NCBI GenBank assembly: GCA_039679375.1
Contig: JBDKVA010000076.1
Location: 2,139-66,138, forward strand
From: Clostridiaceae bacterium
GTDB lineage: Bacteria > Bacillota > Clostridia > Acetivibrionales > DTU013
Direction: 5' to 3'
Length of the DNA stretch: 64,000 nucleotides
Shown: piece by piece, positions 63,050 to 64,000 of the stretch
How positions within the stretch are numbered: position 1 is the first letter of the stretch
How the letters are laid out: every line of letters begins with the position of its first letter
Translations under genes and position numbers: made by a program
Notes under the pieces: model-generated
Told to the model about the DNA's origin: nothing
The model's database searches: none
The model's input: the letters and a program-made list of their open reading frames with translations, nothing else

Positions 63050-64000
63050 ATGAGCACGTCCCGATATATACCCAACACGGATGAGGATCGGGGGCAAATG
63101 CTATCGTCGCTGGGGATGAAAAGCATCGATGAGCTTTTTGCCGATGTGCCCTCTGATCTTAAGCTTAAAAGAATGCTGAACCTGCCGGAAAGCATGTCCG
63201 AAATGGAGCTGACTGCCCATATGAAAGCAATTGCGGGCAAAAATGATGACACATCCGAATGTACATGCTTTTTGGGAGCAGGTGCGTATGATCATTTCAT
63301 CCCTTCCATTGTGAAACATATTATTTCGCGGTCTGAATTTTATACATCCTACACGCCTTATCAGCCTGAAATCAGCCAGGGTATGCTGCAAGCCATTTTC
63401 GAGTATCAGACGATGATATGCCAGATGACCGGTATGGACGTATCCAATGCTTCCATGTACGATGGGGCAACCGCGCTTGCTGAGGCCGCTTTTATGGCGG
63501 TACGTTCAACCGGAAGGAATATGGTGGCGGTCTCCGCCGCAGTTCATCCGGAATACAGAGAGGTCCTCAAAACATACTCCGGATTTTATGGAGTAGAGGT
63601 AGTAGAAGTAGGGCTTTCAGGCGGAAAAACGGATATTGTAAAAATGGAAGAAAATGCAGATGACCGCTGTGCTGCCGTTATTGTCCAGAGCCCCAACTTT
63701 TTCGGCGCAATTGAAGACTTGAACGGTGCGGCAGGACTGGCTGCAAAAGCCGGAGCCCTATCCATCGCCTGTGTAGACCCCATTTCGCTTGCATTACTGC
63801 AAACACCCGGCGAATGCGGTATTGATATTGCAATTGGCGACGGGCAGTCGCTCGGTAACCCTCTGAGCTTCGGCGGACCGTATCTCGGTTTTCTGACAGC
63901 AAAGAAAGATCTGGTCAGAAAAATGCCGGGCAGGATCGTTGGACAGACGACGGATCATGAAGGCAGAAGAGGCTTTGTGCTCACACTGCAAGCCAGGGAA
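63050..64000 (+). CDS. gcvPA: Glycine dehydrogenase (decarboxylating) subunit 1, N-terminal 317 aa (runs off the window end)
   Basis: Absent from the ORF track (no stop in the window). Hand translation from ATG 63050 gives MSTSRYIPNTDEDRGQMLSSLGMKSIDELFADVP...FLGAGAYDHFIPSIVKHIISRSEFYTSYTPYQPEISQGMLQAIFEYQTMICQMTGMDVSNASMYDGATALAEA, which is typical GcvPA. Confidence 0.9.
   Translation, partial: MSTSRYIPNTDEDRGQMLSSLGMKSIDELFADVPSDLKLKRMLNLPESMSEMELTAHMKAIAGKNDDTSECTCFLGAGAYDHFIPSIVKHIISRSEFYTSYTPYQPEISQGMLQAIFEYQTMICQMTGMDVSNASMYDGATALAEAAFMAVRSTGRNMVAVSAAVHPEYREVLKTYSGFYGVEVVEVGLSGGKTDIVKMEENADDRCAAVIVQSPNFFGAIEDLNGAAGLAAKAGALSIACVDPISLALLQTPGECGIDIAIGDGQSLGNPLSFGGPYLGFLTAKKDLVRKMPGRIVGQTTDHEGRRGFVLTLQARE

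Noticed and set aside
62437-63252. 271-aa minus-strand ORF.
   Set aside because: It is antisense to the end of gcvT, all of gcvH and the start of gcvPA, and these three genes are clearly real.
1-64000. Search for CRISPR arrays, transposases/integrases, prophage genes, toxin-antitoxin pairs, tRNA or rRNA genes.
   Set aside because: I saw no regularly spaced direct repeats, no DDE/tyrosine/serine recombinase motifs, and no tRNA-like or rRNA-like sequence. The only repeats found are the 61-nt element and the ~200-bp paralogous coding repeat.

Overview
This 64-kb window comes from a spore-forming Firmicute chromosome. Gene content and signals look Clostridia-like: GGAGG ribosome-binding sites, a T-box, a glycine riboswitch and CotS/CotSA-type coat genes. 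1-4.6 kb holds a truncated YesM-like sensor and an LplABC-type sugar ABC importer on the minus strand. 5-12.7 kb holds a Hanks-type Ser/Thr kinase, an SLH/beta-helix-like surface protein, an XRE-family regulator and several uncharacterised proteins. 12.8-15.4 kb holds a Cys T-box leader, cysE and cysS. 15.9-24.9 kb is a spore-surface glycosylation cluster with two CotSA-like GT4 glycosyltransferases, two CotS-family kinase-like proteins, a UDP-glucose dehydrogenase and an epimerase. The same cluster carries three paralogous copies of an uncharacterised ~65-aa helical domain. 25.4-26.5 kb encodes a lipoate-protein ligase. 26.5-61.0 kb is the stand-out feature: an orphan, FAAL-primed trans-AT PKS/NRPS gene cluster. 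It encodes a type II thioesterase, a SyrD-like exporter, a secreted Ntn-hydrolase-like lipoprotein, five megasynthase genes, a discrete acyltransferase and an orphan carrier protein. Its last module ends not in a thioesterase but in a papain-like BtrH-type domain, which has a free-standing paralogue at the other end of the cluster. 61.0-64 kb holds a tandem glycine riboswitch, gcvT, gcvH and a truncated gcvPA. I saw no transposase, integrase, CRISPR array, tRNA or rRNA. All family and domain calls come from reading motifs by eye and need HMM/BLAST confirmation. Coordinates of hand-located RNA and promoter elements may be off by 1-3 nt.
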